Assembly: GCA_051439505.1 (NCBI GenBank)
Contig: JBFRWI010000009.1
Span: 1-64,000 of the forward strand
DNA length: 64,000 bases
Direction of reading: 5' to 3'
DNA from: Hormoscilla sp.
Lineage (GTDB): Bacteria; Cyanobacteriota; Cyanobacteriia; Cyanobacteriales; Desertifilaceae
This document shows positions 36,909-47,278 of this stretch, in pieces. Below the pieces are notes generated by a model. That model saw nothing but the letters and a program-made list of their open reading frames with translations, ran no database searches and was not told the origin of the DNA. Each line of letters opens with the position of its first letter. Positions within the stretch are counted from its first letter, which is position 1. The position numbers and the translations under genes were made by a program.

Positions 36909-37634
36909 ATGAAGGGAATCAAACCATTGCAAGTTAGCCGCAGCTCCTCATTAGAAGAACGGCAGCAGGCACTGTACCAAATTTACCGTCAAGTCCTGGG
37001 TCGTCAGCCTTATGCTTTTGAACGACGGATTTTAGCCAAGGCGGAGAAAGACTTTCTCAAGGATAAAATCGGCGTGCGACGCTTTCTCAAGGAACTGGGG
37101 CACTCGGAAGTTTATCTGGATACCTTTTATCACGGTTGTGCTAACTTGAAGTTTCTGGAATTGTGCTTCAAGCACTTTTTAGGTCGGGCCCCGAAAAATC
37201 AGAAGGAGGTGCAAATTTACTGCGATATTCTGATGCACGAAGGGGTTAACCAGCTAATCACTGCTATTTTGGACTCGGAAGAATACCGCAAGGTGTTTGG
37301 CTGCTTTACGGTGCCCTATCCTCATCAACCAAAGTACTACGAATCTCCGAAAGCGTACTTAGAATCTCATATACTCAATCAGGAACAGATCGCTCAGCGG
37401 GGTATGTCAGTGCCAACGATGTACTGGCATCAGCTTGGTTTGAACTGTGAGGCGGGGGTCTGTCGTCACCCAGAAGCGGATGAAGTGCTCGAACCCCTAG
37501 TATCGGTAGAAGCCGAAATGTTGCAGGTGAAGTTGCAGGAGTTGCTGAAGCTATTGGAGTCCGATCGGGGAAAACAGGCGTTGGCTGAGTTGCCTCCTCA
37601 ACAGGTCCAAAAGCTGCGTCAAGTCATTGGTTAG
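36909..37634 (+). CDS. Phycobilisome linker-domain (rod-core linker type) protein
   Basis: IYRQVLGRQP, VRRFLKELGHSEVY, FKHFLGRAP, DSEEYRKVFG..VPY. Confidence 0.85.
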   Translation: MKGIKPLQVSRSSSLEERQQALYQIYRQVLGRQPYAFERRILAKAEKDFLKDKIGVRRFLKELGHSEVYLDTFYHGCANLKFLELCFKHFLGRAPKNQKEVQIYCDILMHEGVNQLITAILDSEEYRKVFGCFTVPYPHQPKYYESPKAYLESHILNQEQIAQRGMSVPTMYWHQLGLNCEAGVCRHPEADEVLEPLVSVEAEMLQVKLQELLKLLESDRGKQALAELPPQQVQKLRQVIG

Positions 37635-37655
37635 TTGTCAGTTGTCAGTTGCTTC

Positions 37656-37700
37656 TGGGTGCATCTGAAGGAAACCCCCTGCTTTCTTCAGATGCACCCA
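37656..37700. terminator. 15-bp perfect-stem hairpin between convergent genes (possible bidirectional terminator or repeat)
   Basis: TGGGTGCATCTGAAG ... CTTCAGATGCACCCA. Confidence 0.6.
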
Positions 37701-37708
37701 CTGAATAC

Positions 37709-38479
37709 TTAGAAGTTACAAGTTTGAAGAATTTGATAGAGGTCAACGGATCTTTCCAATAGACAGGCGTGACAGCTATCAGACAGCACTACCATCTGGG
37801 CATTAGGGAGGCAGTTGTTTAGGCGTTGAGCTTCTGTGACAGAAGGAAGGAGTCGGTCTTCACCACTAGCAAGAAGCAGCGTGGGTTGGGTGATGCGACT
37901 CAGGTGGGTTTCACTGATATGAAACTCCCTGAGCAAAGACAAACGCCAAATGAAGGTGCTTTGCGGTAGGCCGTGGATAGCAGACCACAGGGCGCGGACT
38001 TCCCAGGAGGCAACCCGTCCCCAGTCGGCTAAAAATGGCAGTATCCCCAGTTTAGAGACTCTGTAAAGGGCTTCGGGCAATGCGCGAGTAATTGGCTCTC
38101 CTAAACTCATCCAGGGATATAATTTAAAGGATGAGGCGGGATTGATGAGAATCAGTCGTTCTATTAGTCCTTTGGCCTGCATTATCACTTTTTGGGCTAA
38201 ACAACCGCCAAAGGATTCGCCGCATAGATAAACTGTACGCTGATAGAGCAACTCGCTTTCAATTAGGGCAATTACCTGTTTGGCCATGGCATCCCAGTCA
38301 GCGAGGTGATCGGGTGGGATGGCCAGACAGCGAATATCAAAATCTTTCTGTAAGCTAGGTATTTGTCGGTGCAGCAGCCTCCCGGTGCCATCCATTCCTG
38401 GCAGGAAGACAAACAGGGGATAGTCTGGTTTGGGTTGGCAAGGGGAGAGAAAACGGAGACAATTTTTCAGGTTTGGCAT
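37709..38479 (-). CDS. Alpha/beta hydrolase
   Basis: FLPGMDGTG, GESFGG nucleophile elbow, DRLLP, CHACLLE. Confidence 0.9.
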   Translation of the reverse strand: MPNLKNCLRFLSPCQPKPDYPLFVFLPGMDGTGRLLHRQIPSLQKDFDIRCLAIPPDHLADWDAMAKQVIALIESELLYQRTVYLCGESFGGCLAQKVIMQAKGLIERLILINPASSFKLYPWMSLGEPITRALPEALYRVSKLGILPFLADWGRVASWEVRALWSAIHGLPQSTFIWRLSLLREFHISETHLSRITQPTLLLASGEDRLLPSVTEAQRLNNCLPNAQMVVLSDSCHACLLERSVDLYQILQTCNF

Positions 38480-38866
38480 TTAAGGGAAGATAATTTATCA
38501 GTTCTCAGTTTCACTCGTAACTGACAGCTGACCACAAAATCGCGATCGCCAGATCGTCATTAATATACTTTACACTTCTCAAGCTGGGATTGGTAAAGTC
38601 CTGCGGTTATCCTTTCTCTCCTGAACCACCGGCGATAGTGGATGACAGCTAGTGCTGACCTCCTCCTTGGGGAGACGGCAGTCAGAACGATCGTACCCTG
38701 GGGCCTGCTTCCATGGCTGCGCCGCTGGCTCCCGGTCGTCCCTGGGCCCAGGGAAAGCTAAAATAATTAAGTATTTATTGGTAAATCTCGCTCAGTTCTA
38801 GAGAATAACCAGTAAAATGCAGAAATAGTTTAAGTCCCAGATTTGACAAGGATTGTTGAAAAATAG

Positions 38867-40471
38867 ATGAATTATACCGATCGAGAAAAACGAAGATTTG
38901 CTGTTACGACGCCTCTTTATTATGTCAATGATTTGCCTCACATCGGTAGTGCCTATACGACGATGGCGGCAGATGTATGCGCTCGCTACCAGCGGTTGCG
39001 GGGCGGCGAGGTGCTGATGATTACGGGGACGGACGAACATGGACAGAAAATTCAGCGCACAGCTCAGTCTAAGGGCCGCGCTCCCCTCGAACACTGCGAC
39101 CAAATTGTCACGGGCTTTGAAAAGCTTTGGCAGTTGCTGAACATCCAGTACGATCGCTTCAGCCGCACCACAGCTCCTCGCCACGAGGCAATTGTTAAAG
39201 AATTCTTTAGTTTGGTTTGGGAAAAAGGAGACATTTACTTGGGGCGTCAACAGGGCTGGTACTGCGTATCCTGTGAAGAATTTAAGGAAGAACGCGATCG
39301 CACTCCAGATAACCGCTGTCTAATCCACCCGAACGTGCAAACTGAGTGGCGAGACGAACAGAACTACTTTTTCCGACTGTCTAAGTACCAACAGCAGCTA
39401 GAAGCCCTTTACGAAGAACGACCGGATTTTATCGGGCCAGAGAGTCGCCGGAACGAAGTCCTCAGCTTTGTCAGCAGGGGACTGCAAGATTTTTCTATCT
39501 CGCGGGTGAATCTCGACTGGGGATTCCCGGTGCCAGTAGATTCAAATCATACTATCTATGTTTGGTTTGACGCTTTGTTAGGATATGTAACGGCACTCCT
39601 AGAACCAGAGGATCCGCCGACTTTGGCCAATGCCTTAGCCAAATGGTGGCCCATTAACTTGCATTTGATTGGTAAGGATATTTTGCGCTTCCATGCAGTT
39701 TACTGGCCAGCAATGCTGATGTCAGCGGGTCTGCCAGTACCGGAGCGGGTGTTCGGACATGGGTTTTTAACCAAAGATGGTATGAAAATGGGTAAAAGCT
39801 TGGGGAATACTATAGATCCGATCGCTCTTGTCAATAGATATGGAGCTGATGCCGTTCGTTACTACTTTATGAAGGAAATAGAATTTGGCAAGGATGGGGA
39901 TTTTAATGAAACCAGGTTTGTCAATATTCTGAATGCCGACTTGGCAAATGATTTGGGCAATTTGCTGAATCGCACCTTAGGCATGGCCAAGAAATACTGC
40001 GGCTCCACCGTGCCCTCTGTTGCGGAACTGCCCGCAGACAATCTGTTGCAAGAAATCGGAAGAAAATTGGGAGATCGGGTGTGTGCGGCCTACGAAGCGC
40101 TAGCATTTAGTAAAGCCTGCGGTGAAATTCTGGCTTTGGTACAAGCGGGCAATAAGTACATTGACGAGCAGGCCCCGTGGAAGCTGTACAAGGAGGGAAA
40201 ACAGTCAGCTACAGAACAGGTGCTCTACGCGGTTTTAGAATCGGTGCGATTGGCCGCCTATCTGCTCTCGCCAGTCATTCCCCGTGTCAGCAGTGCCATC
40301 TATCAGCAACTGGGTTTTAACATCGATTTTGACCAGCAAAGTTCCATTGACACGGTGCAATTCGCTCTTAATGCCAGCTGGGGAGCATTACCTGCAAACC
40401 AGAAGTTAGGCAAAGCCCAGCCAGTGTTTGAGCGTTTGGAACTTGCTTCGGAGGCTGGGCCGGAAAATTAA
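38867..40471 (+). CDS. metG: Methionine--tRNA ligase
   Basis: TTPLYYVN, HIGS, GTDEHG, YVWFDAL, GKDILRFH, KMGKS. Confidence 0.97.
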   Translation: MNYTDREKRRFAVTTPLYYVNDLPHIGSAYTTMAADVCARYQRLRGGEVLMITGTDEHGQKIQRTAQSKGRAPLEHCDQIVTGFEKLWQLLNIQYDRFSRTTAPRHEAIVKEFFSLVWEKGDIYLGRQQGWYCVSCEEFKEERDRTPDNRCLIHPNVQTEWRDEQNYFFRLSKYQQQLEALYEERPDFIGPESRRNEVLSFVSRGLQDFSISRVNLDWGFPVPVDSNHTIYVWFDALLGYVTALLEPEDPPTLANALAKWWPINLHLIGKDILRFHAVYWPAMLMSAGLPVPERVFGHGFLTKDGMKMGKSLGNTIDPIALVNRYGADAVRYYFMKEIEFGKDGDFNETRFVNILNADLANDLGNLLNRTLGMAKKYCGSTVPSVAELPADNLLQEIGRKLGDRVCAAYEALAFSKACGEILALVQAGNKYIDEQAPWKLYKEGKQSATEQVLYAVLESVRLAAYLLSPVIPRVSSAIYQQLGFNIDFDQQSSIDTVQFALNASWGALPANQKLGKAQPVFERLELASEAGPEN

Positions 40472-40537
40472 GTAGATGATAGCATGAATAAAGAGGAAAA
40501 AACTCAAATCAATTTAAGAAAAATGAGGAATTTAACA

Positions 40538-41155
40538 ATGTTGGATCATCCAGAAAATCATGACCTGTTCTCAGCAGAACAGCTGTTGTCAAATAGAGGG
40601 AGAGTGGCGATATTCATCGATGGCTCGAATCTGTTTTATGCGGCCCTGCAATTGGGAATAGAAATCGATTATACCAAGCTACTATGTCGCTTGACCGCTG
40701 GCTCCCGATTGCTACGCTCTTTCTTTTACACCGGTGTCGATCGGACGAATGAGAAACAGCAGGGTTTCCTGTTGTGGATGCGTCGGAACGGCTATCGCGT
40801 GATCGCGAAGGAGTTAATACAATTACCGGATGGCTCGAAAAAAGCTAATCTGGATGTGGAAATTGCTGTAGACATGATGGCCTTGGTGGGTGCTTACGAC
40901 ACGGCAGTCTTAGTCAGTGGAGATGGAGATCTGGCTTATGCTGTAGATGCAGTCAGTTATCGCGGCGTGCGGGTGGAGGTGGTGAGTCTGCGATCGATGA
41001 CCAGTGACAGCTTGATTAATGTAGCAGACCGCTACATTGATTTGGAACAGATCAAGGGGGATATCCAAAAGACTAATTCTCGCCCCACTAGCTATTCCTA
41101 CCGTCCTCTATCTGGTATCGGGTTAATTGAGGAGATCAAGGACGGGCATTGTTAA
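40538..41155 (+). CDS. NYN-domain LabA/DUF88 family protein
   Basis: AIFIDGSN, KANLDVEIAVD, SGDGD; GAGG RBS before ATG 40538. Confidence 0.9.
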   Translation: MLDHPENHDLFSAEQLLSNRGRVAIFIDGSNLFYAALQLGIEIDYTKLLCRLTAGSRLLRSFFYTGVDRTNEKQQGFLLWMRRNGYRVIAKELIQLPDGSKKANLDVEIAVDMMALVGAYDTAVLVSGDGDLAYAVDAVSYRGVRVEVVSLRSMTSDSLINVADRYIDLEQIKGDIQKTNSRPTSYSYRPLSGIGLIEEIKDGHC

Positions 41156-41249
41156 TTGTGAATTGAAAATTGTGAATGGCGAATTGTTTTTGCCATTCCA
41201 CTGGTTCCCGGGGTCGGCCTGGGAACTAGCCATTAGTAAATTACCAATA

Positions 41250-42497
41250 ATGCTCAACTTTTCTAATTGGCAAATTCGGAAGATTATCAGACCCACCCTC
41301 AAGGGTGGGTCTACAAACACAAAGCAATGTCATTGCGATTTTTCGCGCAGCGTGCGCAGCGTGGCAACCGCCTGCGCGGGCTATTTAGCAGCGGTTTTGG
41401 TGGCGCTGCTAGTAGGTGGTTGTGCGGGAGAAAAGCAGATAGAAAATAAGTTGACTGAGGATGGTTCTGACTCGCAAAAACTGGAAAACAGCTTGATTTT
41501 TAATGATGTTACTCTTGAGCAGGTGGATGAACAGGGGCGTCTGTTGTGGAAAGTGGAGGCGAAAGAGGCTACCTACAGCCGGGATGATAAAATTGCTATT
41601 GTTCATCATCCTAATAGCGAACTTTATCAGGATGGGAAGTTAGCGTTTCAGGTGACGGCGCAGAAAGGGGAAATTCATCAGGATGGGAAAAAGATCTTCC
41701 TGAAAGGAGAAATTCTGGCTACGGCGGTTGCAGATGGAGCTATATTGCGGGGCGAGGAGTTGGAGTGGAGTCCCCAGGAAGATATTTTAATTGTTCGCAA
41801 TAATTTGACTGGTACCCATCCGCAGGTGGAAGCATCTGCTGCTGAGGCGAGAGTTTTTAGCCGCGATCGCCGCATGGAATTACTCGGTGATGTGTCCGCG
41901 ACGACGACGTCTCCCAAGTTACAGATGCAAACTGAGAAACTGGTCTGGCAGATGCAGGACGAGCGGGTGATGGGCGATCGGCCCATACAGATCGATCGCT
42001 ATGAGGGGGAGAAGGTAACAGGTAAAGCAGTGGCAAATGTCTCATTAGTGGATCTGAAAGCTAACACGCTGACTCTGAAGCAAGATGCTAAACTGACGAT
42101 ATCAGAACCGCCTGCGATCGTGACAAGCGAGTCAATGACTTGGAATTTAGCAACAGAAACGATCGCATCAGATAGTTTAGTGAAGATAGATTATCCTCAG
42201 CAGCAAGTTGAGATCGCAGGTGACAAGGGACAGGTAGACTTAAAAAAGCAAGTTGCGTCTATTGTGGGTAACGCGATCGGCCTTGCGAAAAAAAATCAAT
42301 CTCAATTACAAGCAGATAAAATTATCTGGTACATTGCTGCGGAAGAAATAGTAGCGGAAGGGAATGTTAATTATCGTCAGGTAGATCCACCATTAAATTT
42401 AAAGGGTGCTAAAGCTTTTGGGAAACTCCCAGAGCAAAATATTGTGGTGAAAAGCGATCCGAGTGGTGGGAGAGTGGTGATGGAAATTATTCCTTAG
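41250..42497 (+). CDS. lptC: LPS export periplasmic protein LptC (cyanobacterial long form)
   Basis: LLVGGC lipobox-like motif, TLEQVDEQGRLLWKVEA, repeated beta-jellyroll pattern; position after metG-NYN; start uncertain. Confidence 0.8.
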   Translation: MLNFSNWQIRKIIRPTLKGGSTNTKQCHCDFSRSVRSVATACAGYLAAVLVALLVGGCAGEKQIENKLTEDGSDSQKLENSLIFNDVTLEQVDEQGRLLWKVEAKEATYSRDDKIAIVHHPNSELYQDGKLAFQVTAQKGEIHQDGKKIFLKGEILATAVADGAILRGEELEWSPQEDILIVRNNLTGTHPQVEASAAEARVFSRDRRMELLGDVSATTTSPKLQMQTEKLVWQMQDERVMGDRPIQIDRYEGEKVTGKAVANVSLVDLKANTLTLKQDAKLTISEPPAIVTSESMTWNLATETIASDSLVKIDYPQQQVEIAGDKGQVDLKKQVASIVGNAIGLAKKNQSQLQADKIIWYIAAEEIVAEGNVNYRQVDPPLNLKGAKAFGKLPEQNIVVKSDPSGGRVVMEIIP

Positions 42498-42741
42498 AGA
42501 ATGATTGCTAATCGCCAACGGGAGCATCTCACAGCAAGCAAATATATCCTCGGTAGCAGATGGCTGCTTTGGTGGGTGGTGTGGGCGGTGCCCACCCTAC
42601 GAATTATTAGTTTTAACCCCCTGCGGGTGACCTGGTACGCGATAATTGGCAACTTGTGCGCCAGACTACCGCAGACAGCACTATTGAGATATACTCCAAA
42701 ATAGAAGCTGATTAATGTAGTTGAATTTTCTGAGGTCCGAT

Positions 42742-43419
42742 ATGAGATCCTCCTATGCAACCTCCTCTGCTAGAGCAGAAATGAACGAACTGCGGCGCTT
42801 GAAAGGCTTGCTGCCGCCGGAATTGCAGAGTTGGGTCATGGTGGAAGGAAGCACTGAGGTGGCCCCTCCCTTGATCCGCTCTGAGGAAATTGGTAATGAT
42901 GAAGTGGAAATCCAAATTGACCTGGCCAAATGGGACCAACTGGCGATCGACCAGCGGAATCTCCTATTTTGGCACGAAGTGGGACGCATACAAAATGACA
43001 CCATTCCTAAAGATGGTTGGGAAATGGCTGCCCTCGCGATCGGGTTAGGGGGTGCGGTGGGCGAACTCTGGGTACAAGATGGTTTGCTGCTGATCTTGGC
43101 CCTGGCCCTGTGCGGCATTTCCGGCTACCGCTTGTATCAGAAAAATAGCGGCGAGCGGGTATTAAATGATGCCATTGATGCCGATGAAAAGGCGATCGCG
43201 ATCGCGACTCGCTTTGGTTACACTCTTCCCAACGCCTACAAGAGTTTGGGTAGCGCCTTAAAGGTGTTAATCGAACAAACCCCCAAAAAGCGGAATCGAA
43301 TTAAATACGAAGCGCGACTGCAAGCATTAAAACGCAGCGCTGCCAAAGCTAAATCTAAAGTCAAAGCTAGCAGCAATTCAAGAGAACCTTCGAGGAAATC
43401 TGAGAATATCTTCAACTAA
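42742..43419 (+). CDS. DUF3318 family protein
   Basis: ELRRLKGLLPPELQSWV, DQRNLLFWHEVGRIQ, GWEMAALAIGLGG. Confidence 0.8.
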   Translation: MRSSYATSSARAEMNELRRLKGLLPPELQSWVMVEGSTEVAPPLIRSEEIGNDEVEIQIDLAKWDQLAIDQRNLLFWHEVGRIQNDTIPKDGWEMAALAIGLGGAVGELWVQDGLLLILALALCGISGYRLYQKNSGERVLNDAIDADEKAIAIATRFGYTLPNAYKSLGSALKVLIEQTPKKRNRIKYEARLQALKRSAAKAKSKVKASSNSREPSRKSENIFN

Positions 43420-43503
43420 GGCTAATTGCTAATTGCTAATTGCTAATCGCTAATTAGTGAACTGACGCAAATAGCAATTTTTCTACATTGCTGGTAGCCT
43501 CCC

Positions 43504-43540
43504 GTAGGTTGGGTTGCTCTCAGGGCGAAACCCAACCTAC
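43504..43540. repeat. GTAG-type REP hairpin
   Basis: GTAGGTTGGGTT ... AACCCAACCTAC 12-bp stem. Confidence 0.75.
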
Positions 43541-43579
43541 AAGGAATTTCACTGACTTAAGAAAAAAAGCCGGAGCCAT

Positions 43580-43739
43580 GTCATTGCGAGGGGGGGGGTG
43601 GAAAAGCTGTCGATTATTATTCAAATTATCTTCCCCCCCGAAGCAATCTCCTGCTGCTGAACAGGGGAGATTGCTTCGGGGGGGGATGTTAATCGGTTTC
43701 GCATAAGTCGATCGCGGTTGTCCCCCCCCTCGCAATGAC
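43580..43739. repeat. GTCATTGCGAG...GAAGCAATC...GATTGCTTCG...CTCGCAATGAC palindromic element
   Basis: Same skeleton as 15861-16086, with G/C-run stems. Confidence 0.85.
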
Positions 43740-43790
43740 TGCATAGGAGGTAACGGCAATAGTCAGTGCCATTCCCACCTATAAGTGCAA

Positions 43791-44681
43791 TTAAATTTCT
43801 GCAAAAGCGCGATTAATCAAGCTGCGAGCCAGGGTTTGAGTGCCAGTATGTTCCATGTAGTTTGTGGTCATATCCAGAAAAGCCCCGACATAGTCCAACT
43901 TGTCATCGGCAATGTCAATGAAATTTTGCAGGTTATCCATGACCCCTTGTCGGGTGATGCCCCGATCGGCGACAAAATTGCCCATCCAGTCACTTACCGA
44001 GCCAAAGCTGTCACCAATAAAGCCCAACTTGCCACCGAGATCGCCCCCAGGAATGAAATTGCTGATGCTGCTGAAAGTGGGATTGTCTTCTAGGGTCGAG
44101 GGGCTCAACCCAGAGATAGTTTCGCCTACTTTCTTGATAAAATCGGGACCCAGGGGAAGGATGCCGTCGAAGCAAACTAGGGCCGCCATCCGCATCAGGG
44201 AGGGACCGCTGTATTCCTCAACTAGAGACTTGATAAAATCGCCAACGCTGTCCCCAGGAATACCATTAATTTGGCAGTAGGCAACGATCTCTACCACTAA
44301 TTTGATCGCCAGATCGATGCTTTGAGCTTTGTCTGCTTTGGGCGTGATTTTGGTCAAGAAGGACAGCAAGCCGATCTTCTGCCCGATTTTATTAGCTAAG
44401 GCCGCTGCACCCAAGGCTGTATCGGCATTATCTACCGTTTGGTACAGCCACATCGCCCGTTCGTATCCCTCGTCGGAATGGTGGTACAGATAGACCGCCC
44501 GTTCCCTGATCTGCTGAACGAGTTCTGGATCTGTCTCGCCAGTTGCGTCTTCAATGATGTTGTTAAAGCCAATGATGTTGTTCCACTCCCCCGGCACGAT
44601 ATAATCTAAGGCTCGCAGGGACATGGTGGTGATGTTCTTCTCGGGCAGGCGATCGGCCAATTCGATAATCGATTTGCTCAC
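43791..44681 (-). CDS. Conserved hypothetical protein
   Basis: 296-aa ORF (GTG start, AGGAGG RBS), operon with the upstream lipoprotein. Confidence 0.75.
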   Translation of the reverse strand: MSKSIIELADRLPEKNITTMSLRALDYIVPGEWNNIIGFNNIIEDATGETDPELVQQIRERAVYLYHHSDEGYERAMWLYQTVDNADTALGAAALANKIGQKIGLLSFLTKITPKADKAQSIDLAIKLVVEIVAYCQINGIPGDSVGDFIKSLVEEYSGPSLMRMAALVCFDGILPLGPDFIKKVGETISGLSPSTLEDNPTFSSISNFIPGGDLGGKLGFIGDSFGSVSDWMGNFVADRGITRQGVMDNLQNFIDIADDKLDYVGAFLDMTTNYMEHTGTQTLARSLINRAFAEI

Positions 44682-44752
44682 AATTTCCTCCTGATGTGAT
44701 GGTTGCGATCTGCGGTTCGACGAAGCTACCGCAAGTGGGCTGTAGCTTGAGT

Positions 44753-45271
44753 TTAGCGGAGTTGAGCCAGACCGCTGAGTTTAAATTTTGTTAACCAGTC
44801 TTCCCGATCGCTCTCGGTAAAGGAGGCTTTGTCCTTTGATTGCACCGAGACCTGGAAGCGATCGGCCACCAAGATCGAGGTTTTGGAGCCCACGGTAGCG
44901 GCGGGATAACCGGCAATTCTCTTGCTGCTGTTGTTGAATTTCCTGACAGCGCTGGGATTGTTTGCTGTATCGGAGATTGACAGCAATGCCACTAATGTGT
45001 CTCCTTTTTTCAAGTTTGCCTGGGCAAAGCCAGTTTTCTCTTGGGTAAAGGCGCGACTGTACCCACCAGCAGAGGCAGGGAAGAATTTGTTTAGTTCGCC
45101 CCCTGCCACTGGCTGTCCAGCGGTATTTCCGGTTGGTGAAACCCCCTGCTGAGTAGTGTCCGGCTGCTGGGTGCTTGTGTCTGGGGGCGGTGGCGGCGCA
45201 CAAGCGCTCACTAGGAGCAATGTGGCTAGCAGTAACGGTGCTAGAGTTTTCTTCGTGCGGGATAAGAACAT
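44753..45271 (-). CDS. Lipoprotein of unknown function
   Basis: LLVSAC lipobox, NKFFP...TQEKTGFAQA...LSISDT. Confidence 0.75.
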   Translation of the reverse strand: MFLSRTKKTLAPLLLATLLLVSACAPPPPPDTSTQQPDTTQQGVSPTGNTAGQPVAGGELNKFFPASAGGYSRAFTQEKTGFAQANLKKGDTLVALLSISDTANNPSAVRKFNNSSKRIAGYPAATVGSKTSILVADRFQVSVQSKDKASFTESDREDWLTKFKLSGLAQLR

Positions 45272-45567
45272 CGCGGCCTCCTGATAATTCAGTTCTCCGA
45301 TCTATTGTCGCTCATATTTGCCCTTCTGTACCACCCGATCCCAAATTTCTTTCTTATAGCCTATGCCAGCAGATATGAGCTTCCCTTTGTAGGATCTGAT
45401 TGGTAGTAGCAATTAACTTAAGTTCATTGGTGTACCGACCCGGGGGTTTAGCATCCCCTGCGATCGCAGTTTCGCCACCAAAGGGGATGGCCCTGCTTCT
45501 AGGCGTCTTCTTTCCTCATCAGTGAAGCCCTATTTATCTTAGCATATGCTGTGCCCATTGCCTGCGC

Positions 45568-45642
45568 TCAAAACATTTTTTATGCTGCTTTCGGTAACTC
45601 AATAGGTACGAAATACTCTGCCGGGTATAGGTAATCTTCTCC
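45568..45642 (-). pseudogene. Remnant of a small protein gene (GEDYLYP family)
   Basis: Minus strand reads GEDYLYPAEYFVPIELPKAA*, without an intact 5' part. Confidence 0.5.
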
Positions 45643-45880
45643 TACTGTCAGAGAATTTACCAATGCTCCTTAGACCAGATGCCTGTATTACTTTAATCTT
45701 ATCATATACTATCGGATCTTGCTTGTCAAGACACATGCAAGCCGACAACGGGGCAATAAACGGCGATCGCCATCAGCAGCGGTGGGAAAATTAAGGTAAA
45801 ATAGCTGCACAATCCTCAGAAATAGGGTTTCTGGATGTTCGGTCAAGATTTGAGATAGACAAGTCAGGAGTTCCTACCAA

Positions 45881-46546
45881 ATGAAAAGTCGTAAATGGCA
45901 GCGCTTCTTTACTCTCATCTTAGCCTCCCTGCTAGTAATCACCAGTTGCGGCAGTAATATCAATGGGGTCAAAAACCTGCAAGCGGGTACGGGCGAACAA
46001 GTGATAATCTTAGGGGATAGCATTGCCTCTGGATATGGGGTCGCAGCAGAACAAGCTTTCCCAAATATCCTGAGTCGGAAACTGGGGATCCCGATCCTCA
46101 ATCGCGGTGTCAGCGGCGATACAACTGCAATGGGTCTGAGTCGGTTACAAGCGGATGTTATAGATGCCGAACCTTGGTTAGTAATCGTCGAATTGGCAGG
46201 GAATGATTATCTGCGCAATGTCCCTAAATCTCAGACAGAAGAAAATTTGCGACAAATTGTTACCGCGATTCAACAAGAAGGTGCTATTGTGGTGCTGCTG
46301 GGAATTAATGCAGGTAGAATTGGCGACGAATACAAAGAAATGTTCGATCGCCTGGCCTCCGATACCCAAGCATACCTGATTCCCCAAGTCTTAAAAGGGA
46401 TCGTCGATAATCCCCAACATCGCCAAGATGATATCATTCATCCCAATGCCGCAGGACATGAGTTTTTAGCCACCCGCGTGGCGGAAGAATTACAGCCCTT
46501 GTTGGCAAAAGCGAAATGGCCCGCAACTCTGAAACAATTCAAATAG
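45881..46546 (+). CDS. GDSL/SGNH arylesterase lipoprotein
   Basis: GDSIASG, NRGVSGDTT, ELAGND, DIIHPN; LVITSC lipobox. Confidence 0.92.
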   Translation: MKSRKWQRFFTLILASLLVITSCGSNINGVKNLQAGTGEQVIILGDSIASGYGVAAEQAFPNILSRKLGIPILNRGVSGDTTAMGLSRLQADVIDAEPWLVIVELAGNDYLRNVPKSQTEENLRQIVTAIQQEGAIVVLLGINAGRIGDEYKEMFDRLASDTQAYLIPQVLKGIVDNPQHRQDDIIHPNAAGHEFLATRVAEELQPLLAKAKWPATLKQFK

Positions 46547-46548
46547 GA

Positions 46549-46626
46549 TTTACCTTCGTTGTTCCTCTCCTTACCAGGCGATCGCCTGGTAAGGAGAAAT
46601 CGCAATAAAGGGTAAACTGGTAACTG
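46549..46626 (+). repeat. HIP1-centred hairpin repeat (family F) copy 1
   Basis: 32-bp perfect palindrome 46566-46597 followed by AATCGCAATAAAGGGTAAACTGGTAA. Confidence 0.85.
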
Positions 46627-46742
46627 ATGAGGCTACTATCCCGGAGGTGGTATCTCTGAGGTCATGAATTTGTTGGTGTTGTCGAACTCGGTCCATAGAA
46701 GTGCCTCCTCGTGTTATGATTAAGAAAGTTAAGCATTACAAA

Positions 46743-47240
46743 ATGATGACTAAAGAAGAGATAATTTCAAAGCTCAAGCTGGTGAAGCATGTTGAAGGCG
46801 GTTATTTCTCAGAGACTTACCGGTCGGAAGATAAAATGGCGGTCGATCGAGTCGGAAAGGAAAGAAATGTAATGACTTCAATATTATATATGCTGACAGA
46901 TGATAGACCGATTGATTACTTACATAAAAACATTTCCGATGTCGTGCATTATTTTCATGCTGGCTCGGCGGTAACTTATCTGATTATCCATCCAGATGGA
47001 AAATTTGAGAAAATTCAGTTGGGAATGGATCTGAATGCAGGTGAAGTGCCGCAAATGATTGTTAAAGGCGGATGCTGGAAAGCGGCGACATTGTTAAGTG
47101 GCGAATATGGTTTGCTAGGAGAAGCGGTTGCTCCTGGTTTTGAATACCGGGACATGCAAATTGCCGATACCAGTCTTCTGGATGAATTTCCTCACTTGAA
47201 AGATGAAATTAAAAATTACATCAAGCCCACATCGATATGA
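46743..47240 (+). CDS. Cupin DUF985 (Cupin_5) family protein
   Basis: KHVEGGYFSETYRS, TSILYML, HYFHAG, EAVAPGFEYRD. Confidence 0.88.
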   Translation: MMTKEEIISKLKLVKHVEGGYFSETYRSEDKMAVDRVGKERNVMTSILYMLTDDRPIDYLHKNISDVVHYFHAGSAVTYLIIHPDGKFEKIQLGMDLNAGEVPQMIVKGGCWKAATLLSGEYGLLGEAVAPGFEYRDMQIADTSLLDEFPHLKDEIKNYIKPTSI

Positions 47241-47278
47241 TGCAAGTGCTACCCTCCCAGTAGTCAGAATAATCGGAC

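Noticed and set aside
38600..38760. GC-rich structured stretch upstream of metG as a SAM riboswitch or T-box
   Set aside because: Only vague similarity; the conserved SAM-I core and T-box motif are not recognisable. An Rfam search would be needed
43488..43759. Short ORFs at 43488-43706 and 43520-43759 (also 42494-42760, 26894-27145, 56222-56601)
   Set aside because: They are translations of palindromic repeat elements
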